Part shown: positions 45,449-57,113 of the stretch, one piece after another
How positions within the stretch are numbered: the first letter of the stretch is position 1
Layout: each line of letters begins with the position of its first letter
IMG/VR virus record: IMGVR_UViG_3300032753_000003
Coordinates: 96,001 to 160,000 of that record
Length of the DNA stretch: 64,000 nt
From: a virus
Strand: one strand, 5' to 3'
Notes under the pieces: model-generated
Told to the model about the DNA's origin: nothing
Seen by the model: the letters and a program-made list of their open reading frames with translations, nothing else
Database searches by the model: none
Program-made: the position numbers and the translations under genes

Positions 45449-45801
45449 TAAACGGTGAATACATTACTTAGATCACTCTGCACAATCACGTTGTTCTGAG
45501 ATAATACAGATTGAACTGCAGTTGTGTCAGGTGAGTTGAGATTTATTACCATTCCAAATTTGGTATTGCGTACCCATGTAGCTAGAGTCTTAGAACCGGC
45601 TGCCCACTGTTTAGCAGCTTCTGCTTGTATAGCAGCTTGTTGATCAGATGTAAATCGAGACCAAATTGTAGTACCCAGCACCAGAGGTTGAACAGGAGGT
45701 GTCGGAACCGCATTTATTTGATTGGTAGCATCGGTTATCTGTTGAGCAGTGGGTTCAGCAGTTGGTGATATAGTTGTTCCATTAAGTAAATTCCAAGTCA
45801 T
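45448..45801 (-). CDS. Hypothetical protein (possible fibre-assembly partner)
   Basis: 117-aa ORF directly after the LRR fibre gene. Confidence 0.55.
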   Translation of the reverse strand: MTWNLLNGTTISPTAEPTAQQITDATNQINAVPTPPVQPLVLGTTIWSRFTSDQQAAIQAEAAKQWAAGSKTLATWVRNTKFGMVINLNSPDTTAVQSVLSQNNVIVQSDLSNVFTV

Positions 45802-45812
45802 ATCAAATTCCT

Positions 45813-47969
45813 TTAATTATAATATACCGACCAATTTTTTGCGATAAGGTTAGCCAAAGCTGATGCACTAGCTCCTGTTGGTGATCCGTTTGAACCGCCG
45901 CTTAGATCCACATAACCAAAAGATTGACCATATGTATCTAACAATATTATTATGTTATCAACTGCAGTTGAAGTCAAAGAGTTGCTGCCAAAATATAAAG
46001 TTTTTAAAGAATAACATCCTGTAATATCAACTGTAGTCAGTAAATTCTCAATACAACTTAATGTTGAAAGTGATTGATTATTGTTAAGAGACAACGTTGT
46101 TAATGAATTGTTAAAACAAGATACTATGTTCCAACCAACAGGTATAGAAAGTGTAGAAAGAGCGCAACTATAGCAGTAGAGTTCAGTTGATGTATTGGAA
46201 GTCTTTGCAGCACCCAATGTCAAAGTACCCAAACTTGAGTTATTTGATACGTCTAGATATGTCAACGACAATATGCTAACATCAAGAGTTGTAAAAGAAT
46301 TGTTATTTAAGGTTAAACTTGTTAATGCTGTATCTCCGTAAAAATCAATAGAAGATAATGAGTTGTGGCTTGCATCTACTGTGGTAAGCAGTGGTTTACC
46401 GCTAATGCTCAGAGACGTTAAACTATTATTATTACAAAACAGTGAAGTTAACGGTGTATTAGCCAAATTTAACGAAGTGATAGAATTATAATTGCAATAT
46501 ACAGTTGCTAGATAATGCAGCGAAGATAAGTCTAAGCTGGTTATTGAGTTAGATTCGCAACTGAGATAATTCAAATAGGTAGTACTTGAAAAGTCTAATG
46601 CAGTTAGAGAATTACTACCACAATATAATGTATATAATCCGGAACATCCTGCTAATGTTAAACTGGTTAAACTGTTTGACATACAACGGAGTGAACAATT
46701 GAACGAAGTAAAACAGTTGGTTGCATCTAAACTTGTGAGCAAATTATTGGAACATTCTAAATAGACTAGAGATCCATTTATATTATCAAGTGTTAAGGTT
46801 GTTAGTTGGTTTGTTTGGCAATACAATAACTGTAACGAGGAACATGTGGAAACATCTAGTGTTGAAATTGTGTTATACGAACAATTAATGTATACTAATG
46901 AAGTATCATTGGCGACATTTAATGATGTCATAGACGGATAATTATCGAAACATTTTAGATTGTATAAATTAGTAAATCCAGATAGATCAATAGTTGATAT
47001 TCCGGTGTAAGAAATATTTAATGTTTCTAAACTTGAATCGCCAGTCAAAGTAAGTGATGTTAACGAAGTGTTAAATGATAAATCAAGATATGTAAGATTT
47101 GATAATCCCGTAGCATCAACTGCGGTCAAATTGTTATCATTGCAATCTAAATAAGTTAAGCTAGTGCATCCGGCAACATTCAAATTGGTCAAATCGTTAT
47201 AATAGGCTTTTACAGTTGTTAAATTAGTCATGCTACCTAGATCTAATGACTGCAAATTGTTATTATTACATATCAACGTTCGTAAAATTGGAGCAGCATT
47301 TGCAGTCAAAGATGTTAGTCGATTTTCATAGCATGTCAATGTAGTTAGTGCCGTTAACCCTGTTAGATCGATCGTTGTTAGCAGGTTTGAAGCTACATTT
47401 ACATTTGATAAAACAATGTCGCCGGTTAGATTTATTGTGCTGAGTTGATTTCCTTCGGCACCTATGTAATTCAATGATGTGCAATTTGAAACATCTAGAG
47501 ATGTAAAATTGTTATTAACAACATACCTGCTATTAGGATCGTGGAATGCTCCCATAACTAGTTGTTCTAGTTGTCGATCATTAGCAAAGCTTACAGCACC
47601 AGAGAAACCGCCGCCTTCTAGATAAACATACTGATAATTAGGGCCCGTAGGTCCAGTTGGTCCGGTTGGACCGGTTGCACCTGCACCCATACTTGAACCG
47701 GGAGGTCCAGGAGGTCCTGGAGGTCTTTCTGCACCTGCAGGACCAGTTGGGCCATAATTACCGGTTGCTACAGTACAATTTATAACAACGTCAGCAGAAC
47801 CGCTATCGATAATAGCATTGCCAGTTACATCACCGGTTAATGTGATATGTTTACCTTGGAGAGCTTCGATCTCAGTCTTAATAGTACTGAAATTGTCCCT
47901 GAACCCTCGGCTGCTTTGATCAATGCCTGGTATTGGAAAGTTTGGATTTACTCTGCTGATTGCTACCAT
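45813..47969 (-). CDS. Leucine-rich-repeat fibre-like protein with short collagen stretch
   Basis: NPNFPIPGIDQSSRGFRDNF N-terminus, GPPGPPG, roughly 25 internalin-like LxCxxNxLxxL repeats. Confidence 0.8.
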   Translation of the reverse strand: MVAISRVNPNFPIPGIDQSSRGFRDNFSTIKTEIEALQGKHITLTGDVTGNAIIDSGSADVVINCTVATGNYGPTGPAGAERPPGPPGPPGSSMGAGATGPTGPTGPTGPNYQYVYLEGGGFSGAVSFANDRQLEQLVMGAFHDPNSRYVVNNNFTSLDVSNCTSLNYIGAEGNQLSTINLTGDIVLSNVNVASNLLTTIDLTGLTALTTLTCYENRLTSLTANAAPILRTLICNNNNLQSLDLGSMTNLTTVKAYYNDLTNLNVAGCTSLTYLDCNDNNLTAVDATGLSNLTYLDLSFNTSLTSLTLTGDSSLETLNISYTGISTIDLSGFTNLYNLKCFDNYPSMTSLNVANDTSLVYINCSYNTISTLDVSTCSSLQLLYCQTNQLTTLTLDNINGSLVYLECSNNLLTSLDATNCFTSFNCSLRCMSNSLTSLTLAGCSGLYTLYCGSNSLTALDFSSTTYLNYLSCESNSITSLDLSSLHYLATVYCNYNSITSLNLANTPLTSLFCNNNSLTSLSISGKPLLTTVDASHNSLSSIDFYGDTALTSLTLNNNSFTTLDVSILSLTYLDVSNNSSLGTLTLGAAKTSNTSTELYCYSCALSTLSIPVGWNIVSCFNNSLTTLSLNNNQSLSTLSCIENLLTTVDITGCYSLKTLYFGSNSLTSTAVDNIIILLDTYGQSFGYVDLSGGSNGSPTGASASALANLIAKNWSVYYN

Positions 47970-48021
47970 TTCATCATATTCCTATCTGGATGCGCAATAT
48001 TTAGCCATGTTAATGGCACTA

Positions 48022-51000
48022 TCAAGCCCATGTTCCAACACTGGTATTACCGCCGCCTATAGAAACTGGTGAGATGTACATCCTGCTCAGCGCACCAACT
48101 GTAACTGTTCCTGGATTTCCACTCCATCCTAGTTCTGGTATAAAAGTACCACCACTTGCGCCAACATCAACCATTCCAAATAGCGTAAAAGATAAAGGAG
48201 TACCTGCGGCGGGTTGTCCTGCACCACCAGCTGCTGTTATATTAACCCCAGTTGAAAAGTTAGATGTTATGGTATTGTCTAAGTTCTCCCCGTTAATGGT
48301 TGCAGTTCCCAATGCTGCAATAAACGTTGTGATCTGATAATTGACTTGTGTTAGTGTAGCATTGCCACCCCATGCTATATTTGGAGAAACGCCGCCGGCT
48401 GAGTTAGATGCATTAGCAATGATTGTAAACTGGTAACGTGTGTTAGCAGTAAGTGTCACACCTACTCCAAATATACTACTTACTGCGCCACTACCAGGTG
48501 TATATGTTCTATTGGAGTTGAGCACGTAATATTGATTTACAGGTATAACACCTCTCTGTAATCCACTTGGTGTAGCATAGAATACTGTGCCGTCATAGTT
48601 AACTACACCAGCTTGTGTTGGGTTTAGCAGTGCTGATGCTGAGGTAAATTTGAGAGGATATTGAGATGCAGTTCCTGCACTCAATGTTACGGATTGAGCA
48701 TAAACATTACCCTGTATTCCAACACCTCCTGCTACAGTCAATGCACCAGTTGATGTGCTGATAGATGTGTTGGTAGATGATACACTTACATTTTGACCAA
48801 ATGCACCATAAACATTGCTAACAAGTGTGTTAACGGTTGCTGTACCTATACCTTGTATAGTGGTGTTACTGATCAAACTGTTGACTTGTGCAGCACCTGT
48901 ACTATTCAACGTAGCAGTGGTAGTGTTAGCATTACTGACCAATGATGCAACAGTAGTTTGTCCTGTACTCTGCAGGTTTGTAGCAACTACATTGGTATTG
49001 CTGTTCAAACTTTGTACTAGCGTAGTACCGCTGCTCTGTAATGAAGTAAATGTACCAGCTGTACCGGTTACTGAAGTTCCGCTAATTGCACCATTACTGA
49101 CCAATGATGCAACAGTAGTTTGTCCGGTGCTGTTTAGATTAGTAGTGGTAATGTTTGTGTTGTTAACAATACTATTGATCGTAGCTTGACCGCTCGAAAT
49201 TAAAGTTGCAGTTTGTACAACACCGTTGCTGATTAATGAATTAGTTAATGTCTGTCCGCTGCTCTGAACACTTGTTACTGTGAGTGCAGTTCCAGATATA
49301 GACCCATTGCTGGTCAATGTTCCAGATATTGATGCACCTGCTATATTCAGCGACTGTGCAAATATGCTAGAATTGCTGAATAGCGTTTGAGCAACAACTC
49401 CAGATGCAGCTTGTATTGTGCTATTGCTTGTGATAGCACCGGCTAGTACTGAACTACTACCAACAACAGCAGGCGCACTTACTACAACATTACCAAACAC
49501 AGAATTAGCTATTACGCTAGTTGCTGCCTGCACAATACTATTGCTATAAAGAGCACTAACAATACCACTACCGCTAGCTACTAGAGTGACGCTAGATACA
49601 GAGGTGTTTGATACTATGCTGTTTATTAACGCAGTTGATCCTTGGAAACTACCACTGTAAATGGTTGTTGCCTGTATTGAGCTGTTGCTTACCAAACTTG
49701 CTACAGATGCAAGGCCTGTGCTGTTTAGATTGGATGCCACTACATCTGTATTACTGACTAACCTATTGACCTGAGCATAGTTGGTAACATTTAAGAACTG
49801 AGATGTAGTCATAACGTTGCTGATCAAACTGGCTACAGTTACAGCACCTTCGCTTTGTATGGTACCGTTGCTAATGATGCTGGCAAATTGTGCTGCACCA
49901 GTTCCGTTAATAGTTGATGCAGTTATGCTGGCATTGCTGACTAGATTCTGAGTTATTATAGTATCTATGCTCTGTATACCGGCGTTGGCAATCAAACTGT
50001 TTACAGTAGCAGCGCCTGCTGTCTGCAATGTGTTTGTATTGACATTGAGATTGCTAGTCAGTTGATTGACTGTTACTGCCCCTGCTACATTAAGCGATTG
50101 TGTAAATGCGCCAGCATTTACAACTAGGCTATTAACTCTAGCATAGTTAGCGACGCTTATGTTGGTGGCAAATCCTGCATCGCTGCCAACACTCAAACCG
50201 TTTAGCACACCAAGACTTGTGATATTAGGTTGGCTAGCTTGTGAGATAGTGCCATTCAAGTTGGTTACAGTTACACTGGTACCATTGAAGTTGCTTGCTG
50301 TAACATTACCTGTAGCAGACACAGCACCATTTACTTGTACTTTGGTAATACCATCATCAGCGCCGCCAAATATCCAGCGACCACCTGTAACGAATCCAGC
50401 TATATTTGAACTGGTTGTACCATCAGTATGGAACACTAACTTTTTGCCAGTAGTCTGTGTTCCAACAGTTAAATTACCACCGTTTATATAGAGGTAGCCG
50501 TCGAGAGCATGACCAATGCTGTATGCAACTTGATTGTAATTGCTGCTGTTAATACCAAAGTCAATGTAATAGTTACTATCATCACCAATATCTGCCGTAG
50601 CTATATAATCAGTACTTGCATTGGTACCATTATTTAGGTTTTGATTGTTGAGCTGTTGACTGGTATTGTCACTACTAGCAACCTGAATTGGCGCGTTAGT
50701 AAAATAATTAGGTGGCTGTATGCCAACCAATAGATTACCAGTTACATATGCAAATTGCGTTGTGCTAGTATATGCCGCAGTGACATTGTTAACATTTAGG
50801 TCTTTGTTGAGATTCCAGCTATCATTCAATTGAGTGTATATAAGACTTGCGGCAAACCCATCGCTACCCAACACAAATCCGCCGCCATCCATTGCGCTTG
50901 TTGATACTGCACCGTTGGCTGCATAAATGGTCTTGTCAGCAACATTTAAAGTGGTAGCCTCTGACGATGTTACATTGCCAGTGACTGTTAAATTGCCAAC

Positions 51001-52159
51001 GGTGAGATTTTTAAACTGTGGACTGCTGGTGGTTGCTATGCTTTGTGGCAAGCTAAGAGTAACTGCACCACTTAGGTTAGTAACTGATACTTGATTGGTT
51101 GTACCAGTTATGCTGATAATACCTGTGTTGTCTATGGATACACTATATCCTGCTCCCGGTACAACTGAGATGCCTGTGCCAGCTGTTATGGTGCTTACAC
51201 CTGCGGTTTGTATGTTGCTACCATCAGGCAATACTATTCCTTTGGTTGCGATCGTGTCTCCTAAAAATTGAGAAGTGCCACTTATTTGAGTGTGGCCGTA
51301 AGTGATCAAACTGCCGTGTGTTATGGTATTACCGTATGCAAGAAGATTACCGTATGCAATAGCATCGCCGCGACTGACGATAGCACCTGTGCTAATAATA
51401 GCGCCGGTTACATTTAGGTTACTGTTGATTGTAACATTGCTCGAAATGTTAAACGTAACACCTTCGGCACTCATGCTCACGATGTTGGCAACCACGTTGC
51501 TGCCAATTGGAGTCGTCCAAAATTCTATCCTAGACCCTCTAGTAGTACCAGTTTGATTTTCACTGCTTACCATATCTATTCTAGCGGTGCTGTATGCAGC
51601 ATAACCCGGTCCATTGTTTGGTCCACCGCTGGTAGCATAGGGATTGGCACCAAATCTAGCTATGATATCTCCCGGTCCGTATGCAAGAGGAACCTCAGCA
51701 GTACCGTTAGCACTGCGACCTATGAACGCAGAATAAGTTCTCGAACCATAACTGTCTGTATATACCCTAGCGTTGCTAGCATCATTACCAACTAGTTGTA
51801 GCATTACACCTGTATTATACGGAGCAACATAACTACCTGTTTGATTTCCTATTATACTCACAGCCGATTGTAGAGGACTTAATGATACATTGCTTCTAAC
51901 AAACAATGTTCCTATTGGATCAAGTTGGAACGTATCAAACGTACCACTGTTACCTCGAACTGCAAATCCGCCTCTGGTAATTGTTATTAGATTGCCAGAA
52001 CTAACATTTATTTCAGTTGCTCATTACTATTGAGCCAGATCCTACATATAGATTGCCAAAAGTATTTGTTGGAGATCCTAGAGATAAAATATTGCTCGAT
52101 GGGACGATATCACCCGTGGTGGTCGTCTCGCCAATAAGTTTATTAGTGATATAGCTCAT
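48022..52159 (-). CDS. Long tail-fibre-like protein, frameshifted near 52021
   Basis: ATG 52159 follows the upstream stop; second frame is open 52020 to 48022; Ser/Thr/Asn-rich (V/L)xSLxSN repeats. Confidence 0.7.
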
Positions 52160-52160
52160 G

Positions 52161-54920
52161 TTATATGATGCTCCAATTGCTGTTACCGGTGTATACCAAA
52201 GTGTAACTGTTATAATTAGCGGTGAGGCTTATTGAACTATCACCATCGATGGTATCTAAGCCTGCCGGTGTAATGTTGATGTTGTATGTACCCGCTTGTC
52301 CTGCAGTGTCTTTTATGATAAGTTGCGCACCCAGCGTAACACTAGATGATGTAGCAAGCGTTATGCTGCATGGTCCAGGACCACTGTAATTTACAGCTAG
52401 GAATCTATCAGTTGACACACAGGAATAACTGGATCCAGTTACAGGTGTTATGTTGGATGTGCCATTGGCTGTGATTTGTTTAGTTCCGTCTGGGAATATT
52501 ATACCAGTACCTGCTGACGGTAAGGTTATACCCGAAGTATCAACATTGGCTACAATATTTGGATAAAGACTGCCAACAGGTGTTGCTGCAAATACTATCC
52601 TAGTAGGTATACTAGTATCAGTTGCGTTTGCTAATAAGTTAAACTCTATATATGCCGGCGCAACAGTCGTTGGTGCAAACCCATAGGTTGGAGTATAAAC
52701 TCCTGAACTGACTCGCACTATTGCTCCTGCAGGTGTAGCACTTGGTGATAATGCAGTGCCGCCTGCATGTCGACCTGTAAATGCCGAGATCACACCGCTA
52801 GAACCATAGCTATCGTTAATCACTCTGCTAGAAATGCCATCATGACCAGTTATTTGTAGCATACCTCCCAAGTTAGTTGGAGGTTGATAATACGGACCAT
52901 TGTTTCCTACTATGTTAACAACACTTGAATGATCGGGATTTTGATATGAAGTAGATATGTAAACTTGACCTAATCTGTTGGTACTGAATACTACATTGCC
53001 AGAGTTGTTAGTAACTTGAAGGCTGCGATTGATCACAACATTAGCTGTACTATTAACACGTCCTATGCTGATATCAACATTACCACTTGCGCTTTGGATA
53101 ACACTGTCTGACATCTGTATGTCGCCAACTATCAAACTGTTATCTCTGAACGTGGCATTAACTACAGCAGTATTACCACCTGTGGGAACTGTTAGTATTT
53201 GTACCATCGATCCCATGTTGGTAGTTGAAAAATTCTCAGTAGCTATTACTTGTATTGCGCTGCTATTGTTTGTACCAAACCCAACTCCATTGTAACCTTG
53301 AGCAACAAACGTACCGAGAGTTTGTCCGGACAATATTGCAGTTGGTGCAGAACTAAATCCACCAAAACGTCTCATGGCTATGGTACCAGATTCGTCAGTG
53401 GGCGCATCACCGTATGCATCTATCAACATGGTTGTGGGATATTGGTCTTGACTTTGTATGCGGAATGCTACACCTGGTATATTTGGTGGATAAAGAGTGC
53501 TCACAGCCGGAGCTTGCACAAAGGTGTTGCCTTGCATGATTATAGCACCAGTACCATTTGGAGCTATAACAATGTTGCCATTTGGATCAGTTCCCGAGAT
53601 AGTCTGATCAGTTATAACTATATTTCCGGTGGTTGCAGCAGCACCAGTTGGACCAATTATCTTACCAACGTCTACCCATGTTGACCCGTTCCAAACCCAG
53701 AGGTCTCCTGTATCTTCTACTATTTCACCGTCGCCAATGTCACCGCCATATCCAGCTGGTAGATCTGCAGATGTTGGAACACTGCCAACTATTCTAACTG
53801 ATTGACCTGCAGCACCTGTTGAACCAGTGGCACCAGCAGTGCCTGCAGCACCAGTTGGACCAGTTACTGTGCTTGCAGCACCAGTTGATCCTGTTGGACC
53901 TGTAGAACCTCTTGATCCTGTTGGACCTATAACACCAGTTGGTCCAATTGAACCAGTTGGTCCAACCGGACCTGTAGAACCAGGCGCACCTGTAACACCA
54001 GTTGATCCTGTTGCACCTGCAGTACCTGCAGCACCAGTTGGACCGGTTATTGTACTAGCAGCACCTGGGAAACCTTGTGGTCCGGTTGCGCCTGTATAAC
54101 CAGTTGGTCCCGTTGGTCCAGTTGGACCTGTAGCACCTGTATTAGTAGCAAATCCGGGCGCACCAGTTGGACCAGTTATTGTGCTAGCTGCACCTGTTGG
54201 ACCTATAATAGGTCCAACATTTGTCCATGTTGAACCTGTCCAAACCCAGAGATTGCCGGTACTAGAATCTATTTCGCCATCGCCAGTTGGACCTGTGTAA
54301 CCAGTTGGATATCCAGGTAAATTGGTATATCCATTAACACTACCAACTACATTAACGCTGGTACCGGCAGGACCTGTTGATCCAGTAAATCCAGTTGGAC
54401 CCGTTGGTCCGGTTGCACCAGTTAATCCAGTTGCACCCGTGGCACCTGTTGAACCTGTAGCGCCTGTATTGGTAGCATAACCTGGTATACCTGTTGGACC
54501 AATTGAACCAGTTGGGCCTGTTAGTCCTGTAGCACCGATACTACCTGTTGGACCAACTATTGGGCCTACATTTGTCCATACAGATCCTGTCCAAACCCAG
54601 AGATTTCCAGTATCTGCTGTGATTTCACCATCACCTATATTACCACCATAACCTGTTGGTAAATTACTAGAACTTGGTACGCTTCCCACTATGACAACGG
54701 ATTGTCCTGGTGCACCAGTTGGTCCAGTAAATCCGGTAGGACCTGTTGATCCAGTAGCACCAGTATTGGTTGATGATCCTGCTGGCCCTGTAGGACCTTG
54801 CGGACCAATAACCGCAGTGTATATGCTGATCTGATCGTTGTTGATATAAAGGTTACCGCTTATATAAACATTGCTGTTTATAAAAAGCTGTTCGTCGCTG
54901 CTGTTTTGGAATGTAGACAT
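52161..54920 (-). CDS. Collagen-like (GPT/GAT) tail-fibre protein
   Basis: Long G-X-T runs with three [16 protein letters not shown] units; C-terminal IIKDTAG..TIDG domain. Confidence 0.8.
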   Translation of the reverse strand: MSTFQNSSDEQLFINSNVYISGNLYINNDQISIYTAVIGPQGPTGPAGSSTNTGATGSTGPTGFTGPTGAPGQSVVIVGSVPSSSNLPTGYGGNIGDGEITADTGNLWVWTGSVWTNVGPIVGPTGSIGATGLTGPTGSIGPTGIPGYATNTGATGSTGATGATGLTGATGPTGPTGFTGSTGPAGTSVNVVGSVNGYTNLPGYPTGYTGPTGDGEIDSSTGNLWVWTGSTWTNVGPIIGPTGAASTITGPTGAPGFATNTGATGPTGPTGPTGYTGATGPQGFPGAASTITGPTGAAGTAGATGSTGVTGAPGSTGPVGPTGSIGPTGVIGPTGSRGSTGPTGSTGAASTVTGPTGAAGTAGATGSTGAAGQSVRIVGSVPTSADLPAGYGGDIGDGEIVEDTGDLWVWNGSTWVDVGKIIGPTGAAATTGNIVITDQTISGTDPNGNIVIAPNGTGAIIMQGNTFVQAPAVSTLYPPNIPGVAFRIQSQDQYPTTMLIDAYGDAPTDESGTIAMRRFGGFSSAPTAILSGQTLGTFVAQGYNGVGFGTNNSSAIQVIATENFSTTNMGSMVQILTVPTGGNTAVVNATFRDNSLIVGDIQMSDSVIQSASGNVDISIGRVNSTANVVINRSLQVTNNSGNVVFSTNRLGQVYISTSYQNPDHSSVVNIVGNNGPYYQPPTNLGGMLQITGHDGISSRVINDSYGSSGVISAFTGRHAGGTALSPSATPAGAIVRVSSGVYTPTYGFAPTTVAPAYIEFNLLANATDTSIPTRIVFAATPVGSLYPNIVANVDTSGITLPSAGTGIIFPDGTKQITANGTSNITPVTGSSYSCVSTDRFLAVNYSGPGPCSITLATSSSVTLGAQLIIKDTAGQAGTYNINITPAGLDTIDGDSSISLTANYNSYTLVYTGNSNWSII

Positions 54921-55016
54921 GCTGTTATTTATTATGTGGAGCTGCCAGAAAGACGCATATGATAACTTGAGTTAATGTTGACACATATAAACAAATATGA
55001 TAAATTAATTAACTAG

Positions 55017-55094
55017 CCCCACATAGCTCAGCTGGACAGAGCGCAGGTTTCCTAAACCTGAGGTCGGCGTGTTCGAATCACCCTGTGGGGACCA
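55017..55094 (+). tRNA. tRNA-Arg(CCU)
   Basis: Loop TTCCTAA, CCA. Confidence 0.9.
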
Positions 55095-55246
55095 AAGTTT
55101 CTTAAAGTATTCTTTGGTATTTGAATAAAAATTCATTAAATTTAAAAATTTCACTTGCATTAATAATTGGACGGTTATATAGTTTGCATACAAGGAAATG
55201 ACTCCTTGAGTGTATTTTTACTGACTCAAACAACGGAAACAGACAT

Positions 55247-55804
55247 ATGAAGAACACGTTTTTGTCACTTATCGCCGTCTTTGGAATGACTTCTGCGGCT
55301 GTTGCTGCTGATCTTCCAACCAATAAGGGCCTTCCTCCGGCTCCAACTGTTAATAACAGTACATCCGGCTGGTATGTTGGCGGCAATGCTGATCTCAACG
55401 CTGTAAACAACCCAGCATTTGGCGATAGCCAGACTGGTTTTGGTGCAGTAGCAGGTTATGAGTTTAACCCTTGGCTACGCGGCGAAGCTGACTTCAACTA
55501 TTGGTTCAAGTCCCCAAACAGCAACGTTGGATCTGGTCAGGCTCTAACTGCTAACGCAATTGTCCAGTCTCCCGTGCAGTTCTATCGCATTACACCATAC
55601 GCTCTAGTAGGTGTTGGTTCTGGATGGAACGGTATGGGTAATGCTAGCGGAAATGCGCAGGCCATTTACAACCTTGGACTTGGTGCTCGTTATGCACTAA
55701 CCAACCGAGTTGATCTTGATGCTCGTTATACTCAAGTTAATGCCTGGCAGAATAGCAATACTCAGGCTGATCAGTTTACGATTGGAGCAGAGTTCAAGTT
55801 CTAA
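55247..55804 (+). CDS. Outer-membrane beta-barrel protein (Omp25/RopB-like)
   Basis: Signal peptide AAVAADLP, WYVGG, AGYEF, terminal GAEFKF. Confidence 0.85.
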   Translation: MKNTFLSLIAVFGMTSAAVAADLPTNKGLPPAPTVNNSTSGWYVGGNADLNAVNNPAFGDSQTGFGAVAGYEFNPWLRGEADFNYWFKSPNSNVGSGQALTANAIVQSPVQFYRITPYALVGVGSGWNGMGNASGNAQAIYNLGLGARYALTNRVDLDARYTQVNAWQNSNTQADQFTIGAEFKF

Positions 55805-55832
55805 TACTAGAACTTACTGCTAGGTCAAATAC

Positions 55833-55862
55833 AAGAGAGATAGCTGAGCTATCTCTCTTTTT
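55833..55862 (+). terminator. Intrinsic terminator
   Basis: AAGAGAGATAGC-TGA-GCTATCTCTCTT plus T run. Confidence 0.8.
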
Positions 55863-55915
55863 CTATTGTTTATAGCTCAAATATCTATTACAATAATCAG
55901 AAAGAAGATAATTCA

Positions 55916-56455
55916 ATGGACATATTCATATCAAATATAAAAGACGTCCCTAGCATGATAGATCAGCATGGCATTACGCATGTACTCACAGTAATCACAA
56001 TTTATGAAATAGATTATGTCAAGCCCAAGCTACCAGCTAGCTTCGATAAAAACAACTGGTTGTTCCTAAACATGGATGATGTCATCGATGCCGACGTACC
56101 ATTGGCACCACAAAAAGAACAAGTAGCACAGATATTAGAATGGGGGCGATCATTGCCCGCAGATGCCAAAGTACTTGTGCATTGTTTCGCTGGGGTCAGT
56201 AGGTCTACAGCCAGTGCATTGGCTTTGAAGGTTCAGGAACTTGGAGTAGACAAGCTTGACGAGTGCATCGAATGGCTAGTTAATCATCGCCCTATTGCTT
56301 GCCCAAATCCAGTAATAACTAAACATGCAGACGAACTGTTATGTGCTAACGGATTGCTGCATCAAAAAGCCGAAGCGGTTGCATCGGCTAAGCTTATTAA
56401 AGGATTTGGTACAGACTGGAAGAATCATATTGAAAGAACTCACTTAAAGGAATGA
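55916..56455 (+). CDS. Protein tyrosine/dual-specificity phosphatase-like protein
   Basis: VHCFAGVSRS (HCX5R). Confidence 0.88.
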   Translation: MDIFISNIKDVPSMIDQHGITHVLTVITIYEIDYVKPKLPASFDKNNWLFLNMDDVIDADVPLAPQKEQVAQILEWGRSLPADAKVLVHCFAGVSRSTASALALKVQELGVDKLDECIEWLVNHRPIACPNPVITKHADELLCANGLLHQKAEAVASAKLIKGFGTDWKNHIERTHLKE

Positions 56456-56468
56456 TGAAAGGACGTTC

Positions 56469-57113
56469 ATGTCAGACCCTTTTGAAGATTTAGCAGCTAC
56501 CATTAAACCAAAAACAACAGATATATGGGGATTGAAATTCTTCCCGGATCTAGAACCAGATACTCCCAACACCCAAGACCATCCAAACTGCGGTTGGATA
56601 TCTAGACAAGAAGTTACTGATTGCAATATCGAAGTAGTTAGAAATATAGTCAAAGATCTTGGAGATAGATTGAAGACTGTTGTTGAGATAGGCGTCAACA
56701 GAAATGGAGAACGCAGCATGAGTAGGATACTCATGGATGAGCGCCCTAAAGGTAGCTATTATCTCGGAATAGATATAGAAGATAAGAGCTATCTAGATGA
56801 TCCAGAATCTAATACTTGGACCATTAAGTGCAATAGCATGGAACAAGATTTGATTAGGAATTTTATGAGTGGTATTGGAATCAAAGAGATAGATTTGCTT
56901 TTTATTGATGGAGATCATTCTGTCAATGCATGTGTCAACGATTGGCGCTATTCAGATATGTTAAGCGCACACGGCATAGTTATTCTTCACGATACCAACA
57001 GTCATCCCGGATGTGTTGCACTGTTTCAAGCTGTAGATGAGAATTTGTTTGATAAGGAAAGATCATGCTTAGAGGATGACTTTGGTATAGCAGTATTTAG
57101 GAGGAAGTCATGA
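56469..57113 (+). CDS. Class I SAM methyltransferase (Methyltransf_24-like)
   Basis: VVEIGV, DLLFIDGDHS, LHDT. Confidence 0.8.
   Translation: MSDPFEDLAATIKPKTTDIWGLKFFPDLEPDTPNTQDHPNCGWISRQEVTDCNIEVVRNIVKDLGDRLKTVVEIGVNRNGERSMSRILMDERPKGSYYLGIDIEDKSYLDDPESNTWTIKCNSMEQDLIRNFMSGIGIKEIDLLFIDGDHSVNACVNDWRYSDMLSAHGIVILHDTNSHPGCVALFQAVDENLFDKERSCLEDDFGIAVFRRKS

Noticed and set aside
48074-54099. Plus-strand ORFs opposite the fibre genes (and minus-strand ORFs opposite 38640..41876)
   Set aside because: Antisense shadows of repetitive Gly/Thr/Ser-rich coding sequence.
53600-54800. CRISPR array
   Set aside because: The repeats are codon-periodic collagen (G-X-T) units, not constant repeats with unique spacers, and no cas genes are present.
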